From contig CM052818.1 in assembly GCA_028534125.1 (NCBI GenBank), positions 35,652,001 through 35,716,000 on the forward strand: a stretch of 64,000 nucleotides of DNA, written 5' to 3'. The stretch is from Lama glama (taxonomy: Eukaryota). Below are positions 49,601-61,170 of this stretch, in pieces. Every line of letters starts with the position of its first letter. Within the stretch, counting starts at the first letter, position 1. Both the position numbers and the translations under genes were made by a program. Under the pieces are notes generated by a model. The model had not been told where the DNA came from. It did not search any database and saw nothing but the letters and a program-made list of their open reading frames with translations.

Positions 49601-50307
49601 CCCCTCTGGCTGGACCTCAGGGTGCCAGGGATGTGGCTCTTGATGCCTAGAGAAGCCCTCGGTGCCAGTGCACCGAGTTTACAGGACAGACGTCAGGTCC
49701 CAAACTCCCTTTTCCCCTTGCTGTCGCTTCAGCTCTTCGTGAGACCTGGACGCTGGTACTGGCCACTCCTTCAGGTGGGCTTGGCTCAGAGGACACGTGT
49801 GAATCCCAGAGCCTGTCCCCTGTGACACGCGTGTTCGGTGCGGCTGCACTCACCCTGCAGCTGTTACTGGATCTGGGCTTGGTTCACTTCCCTCCCCAAC
49901 TAATCAGCACAGCACCTAGATGTGCCTAAGAAGTCAGGGCGCAGTGAGTGGTGGTTGAACGAGTGGGTGAATGGATGAGTAGCAGAGGGGCTGCTCAGGG
50001 CTCACAGGTGGGTGGGGTGGGTCAGCTTTGCTATCAGGTAAGGAGGAGGGAAGATCTGCAGTCCCCCAGCCAGCCTTCCAGGCCTGGAGCCACTCCCTTG
50101 AAAAGACCTCATTCATCCATGGCGGTGGGGCAGGGTCTGCTCCAGGGCCTAAACACCCCTTCCAGGTCAGAGGCTCTGCTGGGGACCTCCCTGGACACTG
50201 GGCAACTTGGGGTTGGATTTTGGTCGCCACCCGCCCACCTCGTCCATCCCTCTCCTCAAATCGTGCCTTGACCACTGTCCTTTCCTCTTCTCCTCCTTGG
50301 GGTGCAG

Positions 50308-50457
50308 ATCCTGGCCAACGTCTTCCTTTACCTGTGCGCCATCGTCGTGGGCATCATGTCCTACTACATGGCAGACCGCAAGCACCGCAAGGCCTTCCTG
50401 GAGGCCCGCCAGTCGCTGGAGGTGAAGATGAACCTGGAGGAGCAGAGCCAGCAGCAG
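50308..50457 (+). CDS. ADCY3: Adenylate cyclase type 3, second coding exon (aa 226-275: last helix of first TM cluster and following helical linker)
   Basis: Polypyrimidine tract (tcctttcctcttctcctcctt) then gtgcag|ATC acceptor. Encodes [50 protein letters not shown]. Donor CAG|GTGAGG. 150 nt, phase 0/0, in frame with the previous exon. Confidence 0.97.
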
Positions 50458-52051
50458 GTGAGGCTCTTTGGGGGTGGCCTGGGGCAGGACCGGCCTGGAG
50501 CCTGGGTTCGGGGCCTGCCGGAAGGGATTGGGCCCTGTCGTTGCAGGGGCCTTGGGCTCCTTGGGGCTTGGAGTTTGAATTCTTTTTCTGCAGAGGCATT
50601 ACTCTGTGTTATTCCTCTCCTGCCTCCCTCTGCCACTCCCTCCTGTTCGAGGGCAGATTCGTGCAGCGCACCTACTGTGTGCTCAGGGCTCCTCCCTCTG
50701 CAGTGGGGGGACCCATGTCCTGGCCTCAGGGGCCTTGCTGGGTGAAGTCTATCAGCCCCTCACACCTCCTCCCAAGAGGGCTGTTTCCTTTGCGTTCAGA
50801 GCCATCTCCCCACTGCCTTCTCCTGCGAAGTCGTTCACGAGGATGTAAAACCAGCCCGACCCCTGGGGACACCACTGTTTACATTTTTCCATCTAGAGAA
50901 GTGCTTGCTGTCCCCGCTCTTTGTTTACTGGCTTGGCTCCAGCCTGATCCGCCGCCACAGAAACCCCGCTCTCGTGTGACTCAGTCTCCTAAATAGTCTT
51001 TGGTCTGGATTCCTCTCAGATGCTTTTTGAAGGTCTTCAGAAATTACGTCCACCAGTGTCCTGTTATCCATAGGTTGACTTCCCCTGAACAAACAAACTC
51101 AGTAGGTTGAAAATACGTGATTCTCTGCTCTGGGAGCCACATTGTTTTGTGTTCAGGCAGTGCTGTGTGCTCTGGGTTCTGTGATTCACGAAATTGCTGT
51201 TTTCACAGACCCTGCCTCTCGGGTGGGCGGGGCCATAGTTTCAGAGGCGACTCTGGGACCCTCAGCTGGGGGCCCCATCGGTGGGCCTCACGTCCTCCAG
51301 ACAGTGCAATTTGAAGGCACACACTGAGTCATTTTGCTTATGTGTCCAGCATCCTCTGTCCTGGGATGTTCTTTCTTTCTCTGTTTACCAGTGGGATCTA
51401 GAAGCTTCTGAGCTGGGCCTCGGACTTACCTCTTTTAGAAGGGGAACTTCCCTGACCTCGTTGTGACAAAGGGCCTGTCCTGTTTGTCACCTTCTCCTCG
51501 GCCCTGTATCCTGTGGTTACCGAGTCACTGCTGTGGCTTGAATGTATTTAAAGAATCCCGCTTTACTGGCTTTATTGAGTATCTCAAAAGATGTTTTTTA
51601 ATTTCTATTTTTTTATACTGTCTTGGCTTCTGTTTGCATTTGAGCTCTCATACTGTGGAGGCCTCCCTCTGGGTTCTCTGCATTAAAAAAACATGCATGT
51701 ATCACCCCTTAGGTAGGCTGGGGAGTTCTTTTTTATATAGTCTGTGTGGTTTTCAGTGCAGCCGTCTGTGTGGATCTTGTCTGTCTCATAATGTATAATC
51801 CAGGACATCTTCAATCACATTGAACAGTGCTTGCTGGGGGCCTCCTGGTGTGCTGAGGAAGGCCCTGTGTCTCACCCTGGACCTGTTAGTCTCTGTATAG
51901 ATGATTTAGACAAGTTAGCCACCACATAGAGCCGTACTTTCCTCATCTGCAAAGTGGGGGTATTGATACTCATCTTGCAGGGTTCCCTGAGGGTCAAATG
52001 AGGAACAGGCAGAAGTGCTGACTCTTTCAATAAATTAGAGAAATGGACAAA

Positions 52052-52307
52052 GGGGAGGGTGTGGATCAGTGGCAGGGTCCTGGGTTCAGCACTGTGTGTG
52101 TGTGTGTGTGTGTGTTGAGGGGAGGTAATTAGGTTTATTTATTTTTAGAGGAGGTACTGGGGATTGAACCCAGGACCTCATGCATGCTAAGCATGTGCTC
52201 TACCACTTGGGCTATACCCTCCCCCTCGGTCCTGGGTTCAGTCTCTAGTACTTAATAAATAAAAACCTAATTACCTCCCTCCCCCAACAAACAAACCAAA
52301 AATTAAA
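52052..52307 (+). mobile_element. Outer camelid Vic-1-like SINE (interrupted), TSD agaaatggacaaag
   Basis: Head ggggagggtgtggatcagtggcag...ggtcctgggttcag and tail aataaataaaaacctaattacctccc. 14-bp direct repeat at 52039-52052 and 52308-52321. Confidence 0.8.
52090..52227 (-). mobile_element. Inner full-length camelid Vic-1-like SINE with (CA)n tail
   Basis: Reverse strand reads GGGGGAGGGTATAGCCCAAGTGGTAGAGCACATGCTTAGCATGCATGAGGTCCTGGGTTCAATCCCCAGTACCTCC with intact Pol III A and B boxes. Flanked by ggtcctgggttcag at 52076-52089 and 52228-52241. Confidence 0.88.
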
Positions 52308-52959
52308 AGAAATGGACAAAGACAGCTGTAAACGGTGATGGTCAGGTTGAAGGGCATGGCCCATGAGGGCTTTCTTTCTAATGCTCAGGGCCATATGCTC
52401 CCTCTGGGCGGGGTCAGTGCAGGGAGCCTGGGGGTAGGCCGGCAGCGAGAACAACCACGTGTGCTCCAGGACTCCTGGACACCACGGAGCAGCCAGAGGG
52501 CGCCGGCACCCTGCCTGGGCCCTGCTGCTGCTCCTGTGCTGGCTGCCCAGGGCCGCAGTGGCAGGGCAGACACTAGCCTGGGAGAGGTCCAGGGAGGCAG
52601 AAGGGAGGTGCAGGGGGAGGAGAGGCACAAACCCACATCCCTAGGCCTACCTGGGACACAGCAGGTGCTTGTAATGTCCATCAAGTGGACTCCAGCCTGA
52701 GTGTGACCTTGGGCTGTTTCCTTCCCCTTTTTGGGCCTCAATTTCCCTCTGTGTAAAGTGTAGATGATGATAAATTGGGAGTAAAATGGGATAATCTGCA
52801 TAAATCCCTTTGGGAGTGAGAGAAGCACTATCACCATCGGTGGGGCTGGAATTCTGCCGCCCAAGAGTTTCAACCTGCTCATATTTAAATTCCTTAGGGC
52901 TTCTGGGACCACGTACATGAGAGCTGCTTCCATTTTGACTTTCTGTGTCCATGACAGGT

Positions 52960-54470
52960 TTGGGCGTAATGGTTATACCATACTTATTAATTAGAGAAAT
53001 ATTCCCTCTTTCTAATCCCTGGAAGAGTTTAAGGAAGATTTAGGGTATTCCTTTAATGTTCAGAAGAATTCACTAGTGAAGCCATATTGGGTCTGGAGTT
53101 TCCTTTATGAGAAGATTCAGTTTCCTCTAAAGATAAAAGGTCCTACATTTCTTTTTGTGAATTTTGGACAGTTTTTATGTTTTATTAGGAACCTGTCCAT
53201 TTCATCTAAATTTTCAAATTTCTGACATTGATCATTATATTTTCTCTCTTTGTTTCATTGTCCCTGGGCTTTATGTTGTTTCTTTTTTCATTACTGATGT
53301 TGGTAATTTGTACCTTCTATTTTTTATTTTTTCTTAATCTGTCTTACTAAGGTTTGTTAATATTTTAGCCTTCACAGTGAAGCATCTTTGTCCGTTTCTA
53401 TAATTCATTAACTTATGCTTCTTTGTCATTTTCTTCTTTCTTTGGGGTCAATTTGGTGTTTTTTTTTTTACCTGCTTGAGATGGGACCTAGCTGATTTTC
53501 AGCATTTCTTTTCTAAAACACGCACTTATGCTATAGATTCCCCTTCAGTACATTGCTTTATCCCACAAGTTTCGATATGTCATATTGCTGTTGTCATTTA
53601 GCTCAGTTTTGTAAGTTCTAAAATTCAGATTTTCTAAAAATGGATGTTTTCTAAGTCCACTGAGATGCCTTTGATCCATGAGCTACTTAGGAGTACATTA
53701 CTTAATTTCCAAACGTCTGGGGAATGTTTAAAGGTTATCTTTCTGTTATTGATGTTTAGCTTAACTTGACTGCAGTCTGACAGCATGCTCTGTGTGATTT
53801 TAGTCCTTTGAAATTTATTGGAACTTGATTGTTGACCAAGCTTGTGGTCAGTTTTGATGCACTTAATAATGTGTATTCTACGAAATGTCTTTCAAAAATG
53901 AGATAAGGTCAATAAATGTTGATTATGACACATTTACATCCACCCCAAAGTACTTTTGCCTCTTTGGTCACAATGCAAGGAACTCACAATACTTAATTTC
54001 CCTTCTCCTACACTTCCGTGTATTTTATTTTATTATTTATTTCAGGGTTTTTTTCAACTGAGGTATAGTTGGTTTACAATATTAGTTTCAGGTGTACAAC
54101 ATAGTGATTCAGTTGTAATATATTTTAATTCAATGTATATTTTAAGTCCCACAAAACAGTCTTCCACAGTTAATATTCACCTGCATTTGCCCATATTTTA
54201 CCCTCTCAGTTATACTCCATTTCTTCTTCATGGCTGTGCTTCCATCTTCTTGATGAATTCTTTTTGATACTGCTTTTCATGTAGGTCTGTTGGTCCTAAA
54301 TTGTCTCCATTTCTAATTGTTGGAAGTGTCTTTAATTTGATTTTAATTTTGAAAGTCACTTTTTGTCAGACGTAGAATTTTGGGTTGCTGGATTTTTACT
54401 TTCTGCCCTTTAAAGGTGTCTTTCCATTATCCTCAGGCTTCTATCATAATGCCAGCTGTCAGTCATACTG
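52960..54470 (-). mobile_element. Decayed ancient L1M, containing a short younger L1 3' end at ~54030-54120
   Basis: T-rich + strand with reverse L1 ORF2 motifs (agaattcactagtgaagccat, tgtccatttcatctaaattttcaaattt, atcccacaagtttcgatatgt). Confidence 0.7.
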
Positions 54471-54477
54471 TTGATTT

Positions 54478-54576
54478 ATATGCACTGGGAAATGCAAAAA
54501 TTCACGTGATTTGCTTTCTTGCATTATTGCGGTGTTCTGGAACTAAGCCCACAGTATCTCCGAGGGGCGCCCGTAC
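54478..54576 (+). mobile_element. Tigger1 3'-terminal fragment
   Basis: atatgcactgggaaa...aaaaattcacgtgatttgcttt...tatctccgagg...ccgta is similar to the right end of the 33373-33788 element. Confidence 0.7.
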
Positions 54577-54949
54577 AGACTTCTCACACACACACACAAA
54601 TGGTAGCACGTTCACTCCTGCACTCAGCCTTTCACCTACTATCTCAGAGAGGGTTCCAGGTCCGTATTGCACTGCCTCATGCTTTTCATGACTGTGTTAT
54701 ACTCCATTATATAGAGGTACCATCATTTATTTAAATGGGCTCCTGTAGGCAGACATTTAGGTTGTTTCCAACCTTTTGCTACTGCAAACATTGCTGTATT
54801 AGATGTCTTTATAGGGACACCGTATCATACGTGTGCAAATACATCTGAAGACTAAAAACCTAGAAGTGGTTTATTGGATCAAAGGGCATGTGCATTTAAG
54901 AAGTTATACATATTTATGTGGATATGTATACATGTGTGTATTTATGTAT

Positions 54950-55520
54950 AACTACTGTGATAAGTATACATAACGTAAAATTTACCATTTTAACCATTTT
55001 GAAGTGTATAGTCGAGTGACATTCAGCACATTCACAGTGTTGTGCAACCATCACCACTGTTTATTTCCAGAGCTTTTTCATCATCCCAAACAGAAACTCT
55101 GTACCCATTAAATAGTAAAGCCTCGACCTCCCCTCCTCCCAGCCCCTGGCAACCACTGTTCAGCTTTCTGTCTTTATGAATTTGACTGGCCAAGGTACCT
55201 CAAAAAGTGGGGTCCTGTATTTGTCCTTTTTTGACTGGCTGATTTCACTTAGAATAATGTCTTTAAAGTTTGTCCATGTTGCAGCATGTATCAGAATTTT
55301 ATTCCTTTTTAAGGTTGAATAATAGCCCATTGTGTGTATGTAACACGTTTTGTTTATCCATTCATTTGTTGACAGGCCCCACATCTTAGCCATTGTGAAT
55401 AATGCTGCTATGCACATTGGTGTACAAGAATCTGTTTGAGTCTCTGCTTTCTAAGTCTTTGGGGTATAAACCCAGACTTGGAATCATGGGCTCATCTAGT
55501 GGTTCTGTATTTAACTTTGA
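54950..55520 (-). mobile_element. L1MB-like 3' end (ORF2 C-terminus plus 3' UTR)
   Basis: Minus ORF 55160-55417 (IAALFTMAKMW...WINKTCYIHTMGYYSTLKRNKILIHAATWTNFKDIILSEISQ) is a degenerate L1 ORF2 end. cacattcacagtgttgtgcaaccatcaccac 3' UTR motif. Confidence 0.85.
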
Positions 55521-56219
55521 GGAATCAGGCACGTGCATTTTTAATGTTGATAAATATTACCAAATTGTTTCACAAAAGTTCAAACAATCTACACGCCTCC
55601 CAGCAAGGAAGGAGAGTGGAGTAGGCACATAAGTTTTCCTTGTTTATCTAGAAAATATTTTGCTTTTGGAACCCCTGCAGCTCCCCCCAAGGATGCCTAT
55701 TTGAAAACCCCAGCTGCAGGGAACAGGCCCCAAGGCAGTGTTAACATCCTGTGAGCTATTACCTGCTGTTCCCTCATTTGGCTCAAGTAAACACAGGTTT
55801 GGAAGCGTTTTCTTTTTTAGTTGTAAGCTTGTTGTCATATTTGATCAAAATCGACAAATGTAAAGAAAAATACTGATAGAGGCATATTCCTTCAACTCTT
55901 CTTTCCTTCTGTGTTTTGAAAGAGTTACCCTGATTACAGCAGTAACATCATCTCCTATGTGGCAGGTCAGAACCACATACTCAGGTCTTACGTCCACTTC
56001 ATGTGGTGACTAAATGTAAAAGGTGTGTGTAGCACCATCCTGAATAGTGGGCCCTGAACTGTGTACCACCGAATTATTGTTGTTGGATACAATTTTGAAG
56101 ATACAGAGAAGTTGAGTAAAACCTGCCATAATCCAGGAGTTTCTTTTTAATTTTTTTTTTTTTGAATACAGTGTGTTAAATTGGGTTCTCGGCTAGAAAA
56201 GGCTTTCAGGTTTGCTGAG

Positions 56220-56365
56220 GTTTTTTTTTCTTTTTATTGAGGTGAAAACCGTATAACATAAAATTAACCATATTTTAGTACAATTTAGTTCATTCACAAT
56301 GTTGTGCAACCACAACCTCTATCTAGTTCTGAAATCTTTTCATTACTCCAAAAGAAAACCCGAGA
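56220..56365 (-). mobile_element. L1MB-like 3' terminal fragment
   Basis: Poly-T then attgaggtgaaa...cataaaattaaccat...cattcacaatgttgtgcaaccac. Confidence 0.7.
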
Positions 56366-59300
56366 CCCACGCTTGATTTTGAAAACCAGACAGAAAGGTC
56401 CCGGCTTTAGAACAGCCCAGAGCTGCAGTCTCCTGTCCCGTAAGGACAGCAGACCCAGAACTGCGCACATCTCTGGTGTGTGTGTCCTCCTCTCCCTGTG
56501 ACCAGCACCAGAGGGGAAGCCCCTGCCGGTGTGCTTGGACTTGGGGATTGCATCCAACGCTTCTGCCAGCGTCTTCTGGGGGACAGATGGCAAGACCTGA
56601 CTTTCCCACCTTCTCACCGCATGATGTTGGCACTTTGCCTCTCTGGTGTTCAGTGTAGATTACTGAAAAATTGGGATTAAAAATAATACCGTTGTCATGG
56701 GGTCGTTTAAGAATCACTTAAAGTAACAACAACCAGTTGGATCCAGACACCATGAAGTCCTGCAGTGCATTAGCTGTGGTGACAGTGGCCCCAGCCCTGG
56801 GACACTGGCTAAAGGAGGAGCCAAGAGGCAGAATGGGACCGGCTGGGGCGCCCTTGGCCGTGGTCCCAGTCGGGACAGAGGTTGCTCCCTCCCCGGGTGT
56901 CAGGGCTGACGTTGCGAGTGGCGTGGGCTCTGGGCTGATTTTACATCCCTGGAACGTCAGCTGCTGTGTGTGGGGGGCTGAGTGCAGGCCGGTGGTAGAG
57001 GTTGCACAATCCCATTTCATTTTCCTTCTGTGAAAGCCTCTCCGGAGAATAAAAATGAGATAATAGATGTGAACACACTTTGGAAAGAGCTGCAGAAAGT
57101 CCTCGTTGGAGAGGAAACCGAAGCTGGTTTGGACATGGCTCCTATTTAAGGAGCCGTTTGAGGTCAGTGCCACACCAGGCCACCTGTGTACTCACATTTG
57201 TTTAAATGCCTTTTTAAAAAAGTCCCAATTAAGAAAAAAACTTTGCAGAGGAGGCTCCCTTTCAGAATTTAGTTCTCGTGATCCGTTCCTCACTTTTTCT
57301 TTTGTCAGAGTGTGTTTAGCTTGTTTTCTATACTGCCTTGGGAGAAAGGTCTCCTCTCTGGGCCTCGTCCTCCTCAGCTGAATGATGAGGCTGGTGTGGG
57401 ATCCCATCCCACATCCTCTGATTCTGTCCTCTTGGCTGCTGCCACCCGGGAGGTTGTGCTCTCCCTTGTGAAGAGGACCCACCTCCTGCTGACAGCGGGC
57501 AGCGCCTGATGGGTGGGCCCCAGCCTCATGCAGGGAAGGTGCGAAGCAGCCCCGGGCCTTCACGCACAGCCTCTTCTCCGCTGTGTCACCAGGGCAAGCA
57601 GGTCTGGCTTGTCGAAGGCTGTGTTGAAATGAGGGAGCACCTGGGTGATGAGAAGATGAGATGAGGTCTTGGATTCCAGTCATCTTGGCTTGTCTCCTCC
57701 TCTGCTGGGAGGGCTGGGGCCTGACCACTCTGAGGTCCTCGTGGATTTAAGGTTCAGTGAGCACGACCTTGGCATGCGAGGCACTCTCGTCTCATTACTG
57801 ACCACATATCTGATGCTTTAGGCAGCCTGATGGCATTGACCCCCCGTGACATACAGCCTCCCAGGTGGACTCCAGGCCTCTATGCAACCTTTCCTTGACT
57901 CCACAGGCCCATAGGGTTGAGTAGGAGGCCAAGAGTAAGGAGCTAGAGTTGTTTTTCTTTATTCCCACGTGACCATACTCTAGGGTATGGTTGGGGACCT
58001 TGAGGGTTGCTAAGCGTCCTACCTGCTACCTGGCAACAGCCGACATCCAGGAAATCCACCCCATACACACCTGTCACCAGGTACAGACGCAGAATTAGGA
58101 GACTTTCTGAATCACATCCGCAGAATGACTTCCGGGAGGTGGGAGGTGGCTGAAGGAGGATGGGGAGGATGGAGGGATGACAGGGACAGGGCTGAGGCAG
58201 GGAACCAGCCTGGTCCTCACTCAGCGAGGAGAGCTGCCCTTGGTCCCCACCTTCCTGGGGAAGGACGCTGCAGCTGGGTGTCTGGGGGAGAGCCCAGGGC
58301 TGCCTGCGCAGGGTTCTAGGTCAGAAAACCATTCACCGTCACATGACCCAGGTGAGGACTAGTGGCCAGATCAGCTTCCTCTGCGGCACCCTGGGGAACA
58401 TGGTGTGGGGGAGCGCTGGGTGGTCCCCCTTCAGCTCCTGGGGGTGGGGGGTGTGCAGACAGAACAGCCACTGTATCTGCCTCTCCTCCTCCTTCAACCC
58501 AAAGCCCAGGGGCACCTATGACCAGGGATGGCGTTTCTTCTTCGTGCAGGAGTCTTTCCGTAGGTGGATGACCTTCTGCCCTTGAGCAGGTCTCCAAGGG
58601 AAGACCTCTTAGCATGAGAGTCAGACTTCTCTCCCAGGAGCCCCAGAGCTTGGCACTCGGAACGCTGCCATTCCGTAAGCTCAGCTTCAGTCTCTTGTCT
58701 TTCTGAATGTCTCTGCCCTTGCCCTCCGCCCGAGCCTGCTTCACTGCTCCCTTCTAGACCTCTAGCTGTGAGGAGAAGGCCTGGAGTGAGCTGTGCCTCT
58801 GTTGGTGGGGGGAGGGGAGTCACGGTGACAGGGAGACAGAGACAGAGGAACCCTAGCCTGGGGGTTGGGTTTCCAGTGTCAGCCCTCAGATGCCCTCTGT
58901 TGTCCTGGCGACAGCGAGGTTGGGGCTGGGGCCCTGCCTCCGGGGGAACCAGTGGGGGTGGGGGGAGAGGAGGAGCATGCCCCTGCCTCTGCCACCTCCC
59001 ACGACGTCGTGTTATGAGCACCTGATGTAGGTGGGACAAACCCATCGTCTCCTTGACAGGAGCCACACAGGAAACCCCCGACACCAGCTTGCAGAGGGAC
59101 TTGCTATCTTACCTTCTCCACAGAACCACTCACGGGTATCTTTCAGTGTTTATCTTAGCCTCGAAGGCCTCTTGGTTTGAGAAAAGCCAGAAAGTGAATT
59201 TCCTGTGGCGTGAAGTAGGAATTAGTGCTTCTGCCATTTCCAACTCCCACCTCTTGGATTTCACAGAATGTTCTTCATTCTGACATCCCAGGATTCAGCA

Positions 59301-60099
59301 AAACAAATCCATGTTAGATGATGCAAGTGATGAGCCCACAGAGGACAGGTTGTTCTAAAGCTATGGGGGGGCCCTGCCGGTGGGGGGGGGTGTTTGCTGT
59401 GTCAGGTGGACCAGGCGCTGGCGGTGCTGGCGATGCTGGCAGTGCTGCTGACGGGCGGCCCCGGGTGTGGGCTGTGTGGCTTCCGAGCTGGGTCTGGAGG
59501 GTCAAGGGCCCCGGCCACATCCTCCAGCAGTACTTTTCTCTCCAAACAGCTGTAGAGTCTATTGTCCAGGTCCAGTGTGGTCAGGGTTGTGGTGCGTCCC
59601 CACCCTCATCTGGCTGTGAGAATGAAGTTTTGTTGAATAATAGGAATAGTTTGTTTGTTTTTTTTAACAACGACTTTGTGCCAAGCCCTGGGCTAAGTTT
59701 TAATCGTCACAACAAACCCAGAAGGGGAGTTGGCCCACCCTGGCCCATCTCCGCCCGGTGAGGGCCTCTCGTCAGAGATCTACCCACTAGGAGAAGCAGG
59801 TGAGTCATCCCTGGACTGCACCTGGCCTATCAGTTTCTGTTTGACCTGCCCAGAGCTTCAAAATTTTCTAATACTTAAAAAGTTGGTATATAAAATTTTA
59901 TATAAAAACTTGTATTTCTGACTGCCTTGGAAATGGGAGGGTCTGACAACACAGGGTTCAGAGTAAGTCCTGCATTCACGTCCGAGCCAGGCCACTTACT
60001 TGTCACATGACCTTGAGTCAGTTACTTATGCACTTTGAGCCCCAGCCTCTTTGTGAAATGGGAACAGAATATGAAGTTTTCAGAATGTCTGAAACAGGG

Positions 60100-60850
60100 C
60101 ATTTATCCTACAGATGTTTCAGGCATACTTCTAGGCACTGGGGGTACAATTGTGAGCAGAACAGATTCTACTGGGGGAGACAGACATTTAACAAATGAGT
60201 ATATGCTGTCTTAGGAGGGATGGGCAATGGAGATAAAGCAGGGGAAAGAGCATAGCGTGTGCCAGAGGTGAGGGGGGTTGCTGTTCGTATCACGTGGCCA
60301 GAGGAGGCTTTCAGATGAGATGAGATTTGAGCAGAGACCTGAAGGTAGTGAAGGTGTGAGCCATGCTGTGTTTAGAGAGATGAGCAGTAAGTGCAAAGGC
60401 CCTGAGTAATGTTCACAGGACGTCAAGGTGGCCAGTGCAGGTGGAGCAGAAGTGGGGGGATGAGAGGTAGGACGTGAGGCAGAGAGGTGATGGCCAGACC
60501 CTAAAGGGCCTCGTTAGGACCTTAGCTTTTCCCCTAAGGGAAATGGGAGACATTGGAGGGTTGTGGGTTTTAAATGGATTGGTCTGACTGCTGATAGAGA
60601 AGGGACAGCTGTGGAAACAGGGAGACCTGCATTACTTCGGTGAGAGAGGAGGGTGGCCCAGACCAGTATGGGGGGGATGAGGAGGAGGGAGGATCCTGCA
60701 TATGTTTTGAAGGCAGAACCAACAGGATTTACTGCTGGGAAGAACTGGAGATGGGAGAGGGGGAAGTCAAGGACGGCTCTAAGGATTTCAGCCTGGAGGT
60801 GAGCTTCTGCTTCTGGGTCCAGGAAGGAAGCAGGTGGTGTGTGTAGACAT
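60100..60850. mobile_element. L2 LINE remnant
   Basis: ttctaggcactgggg...ttctactgggggagacagacatttaacaaat...atttgagcagagacctgaagg...aagtgcaaaggccctgag...gtcaaggacggctctaaggattt. Confidence 0.75.
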
Positions 60851-60979
60851 TGTAGCACTCCTCTCCACGGATCACAGATATTACCTCAGCATCTTTCTCA
60901 AAACAGTGCTCCAGGCAGCTGCTCTCTGTCTGGCAGAGCTGGCACCAGAGCTGGACTTGATCGCTGCTGTTGTATTCGA

Positions 60980-61170
60980 GAGCTGCACTGTCCGATATGG
61001 TAGCCACCAGACATATGTGGCTATTTAAATTAAAATTAATTAGAATTTTAAAATTAAAAACCAATTCCTCCTTTGCACTAGCCACATTCCACCTGCTCAG
61101 TAGCTGCCCGTGTCTGGCCCCAATCACAGAACATCTCCCTGACGCCGAAGGTGCTGTTAGTGCTGTTCTA
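60980..61170. mobile_element. MER3/MER33-like hAT-Charlie element
   Basis: gcactgtccgatatggtagccaccagacatatgtggctatttaaattaaaattaatt...gcactagccacatt. Confidence 0.75.

Larger units (their letters stand above)
17071..50307 (+). other. ADCY3: ADCY3 intron (33,237 nt, GT-AG)
   Basis: Bounded by the donor and acceptor above. The joined translation ...LLRE|ILANVF... is continuous ADCY3 sequence. Confidence 0.92.

Noticed and set aside
50028..50996. 322-aa ORF overlapping the second coding exon
   Set aside because: Alternative-frame ORF in GC-rich DNA with a non-ATG start, low-complexity P/G/S/R composition and no recognisable domain.
52150..52225. tRNA-like sequence on the minus strand
   Set aside because: It has an AT-rich/CA tail, flanking direct repeats and a sister copy, so it is a tRNA-derived SINE rather than a tRNA gene.
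59414..59452. 9-bp GC-rich tandem repeat (gctggcg/a..) and scattered G-runs with G-quadruplex potential
   Set aside because: Short, degenerate and common in GC-rich mammalian introns, with no sign of function.
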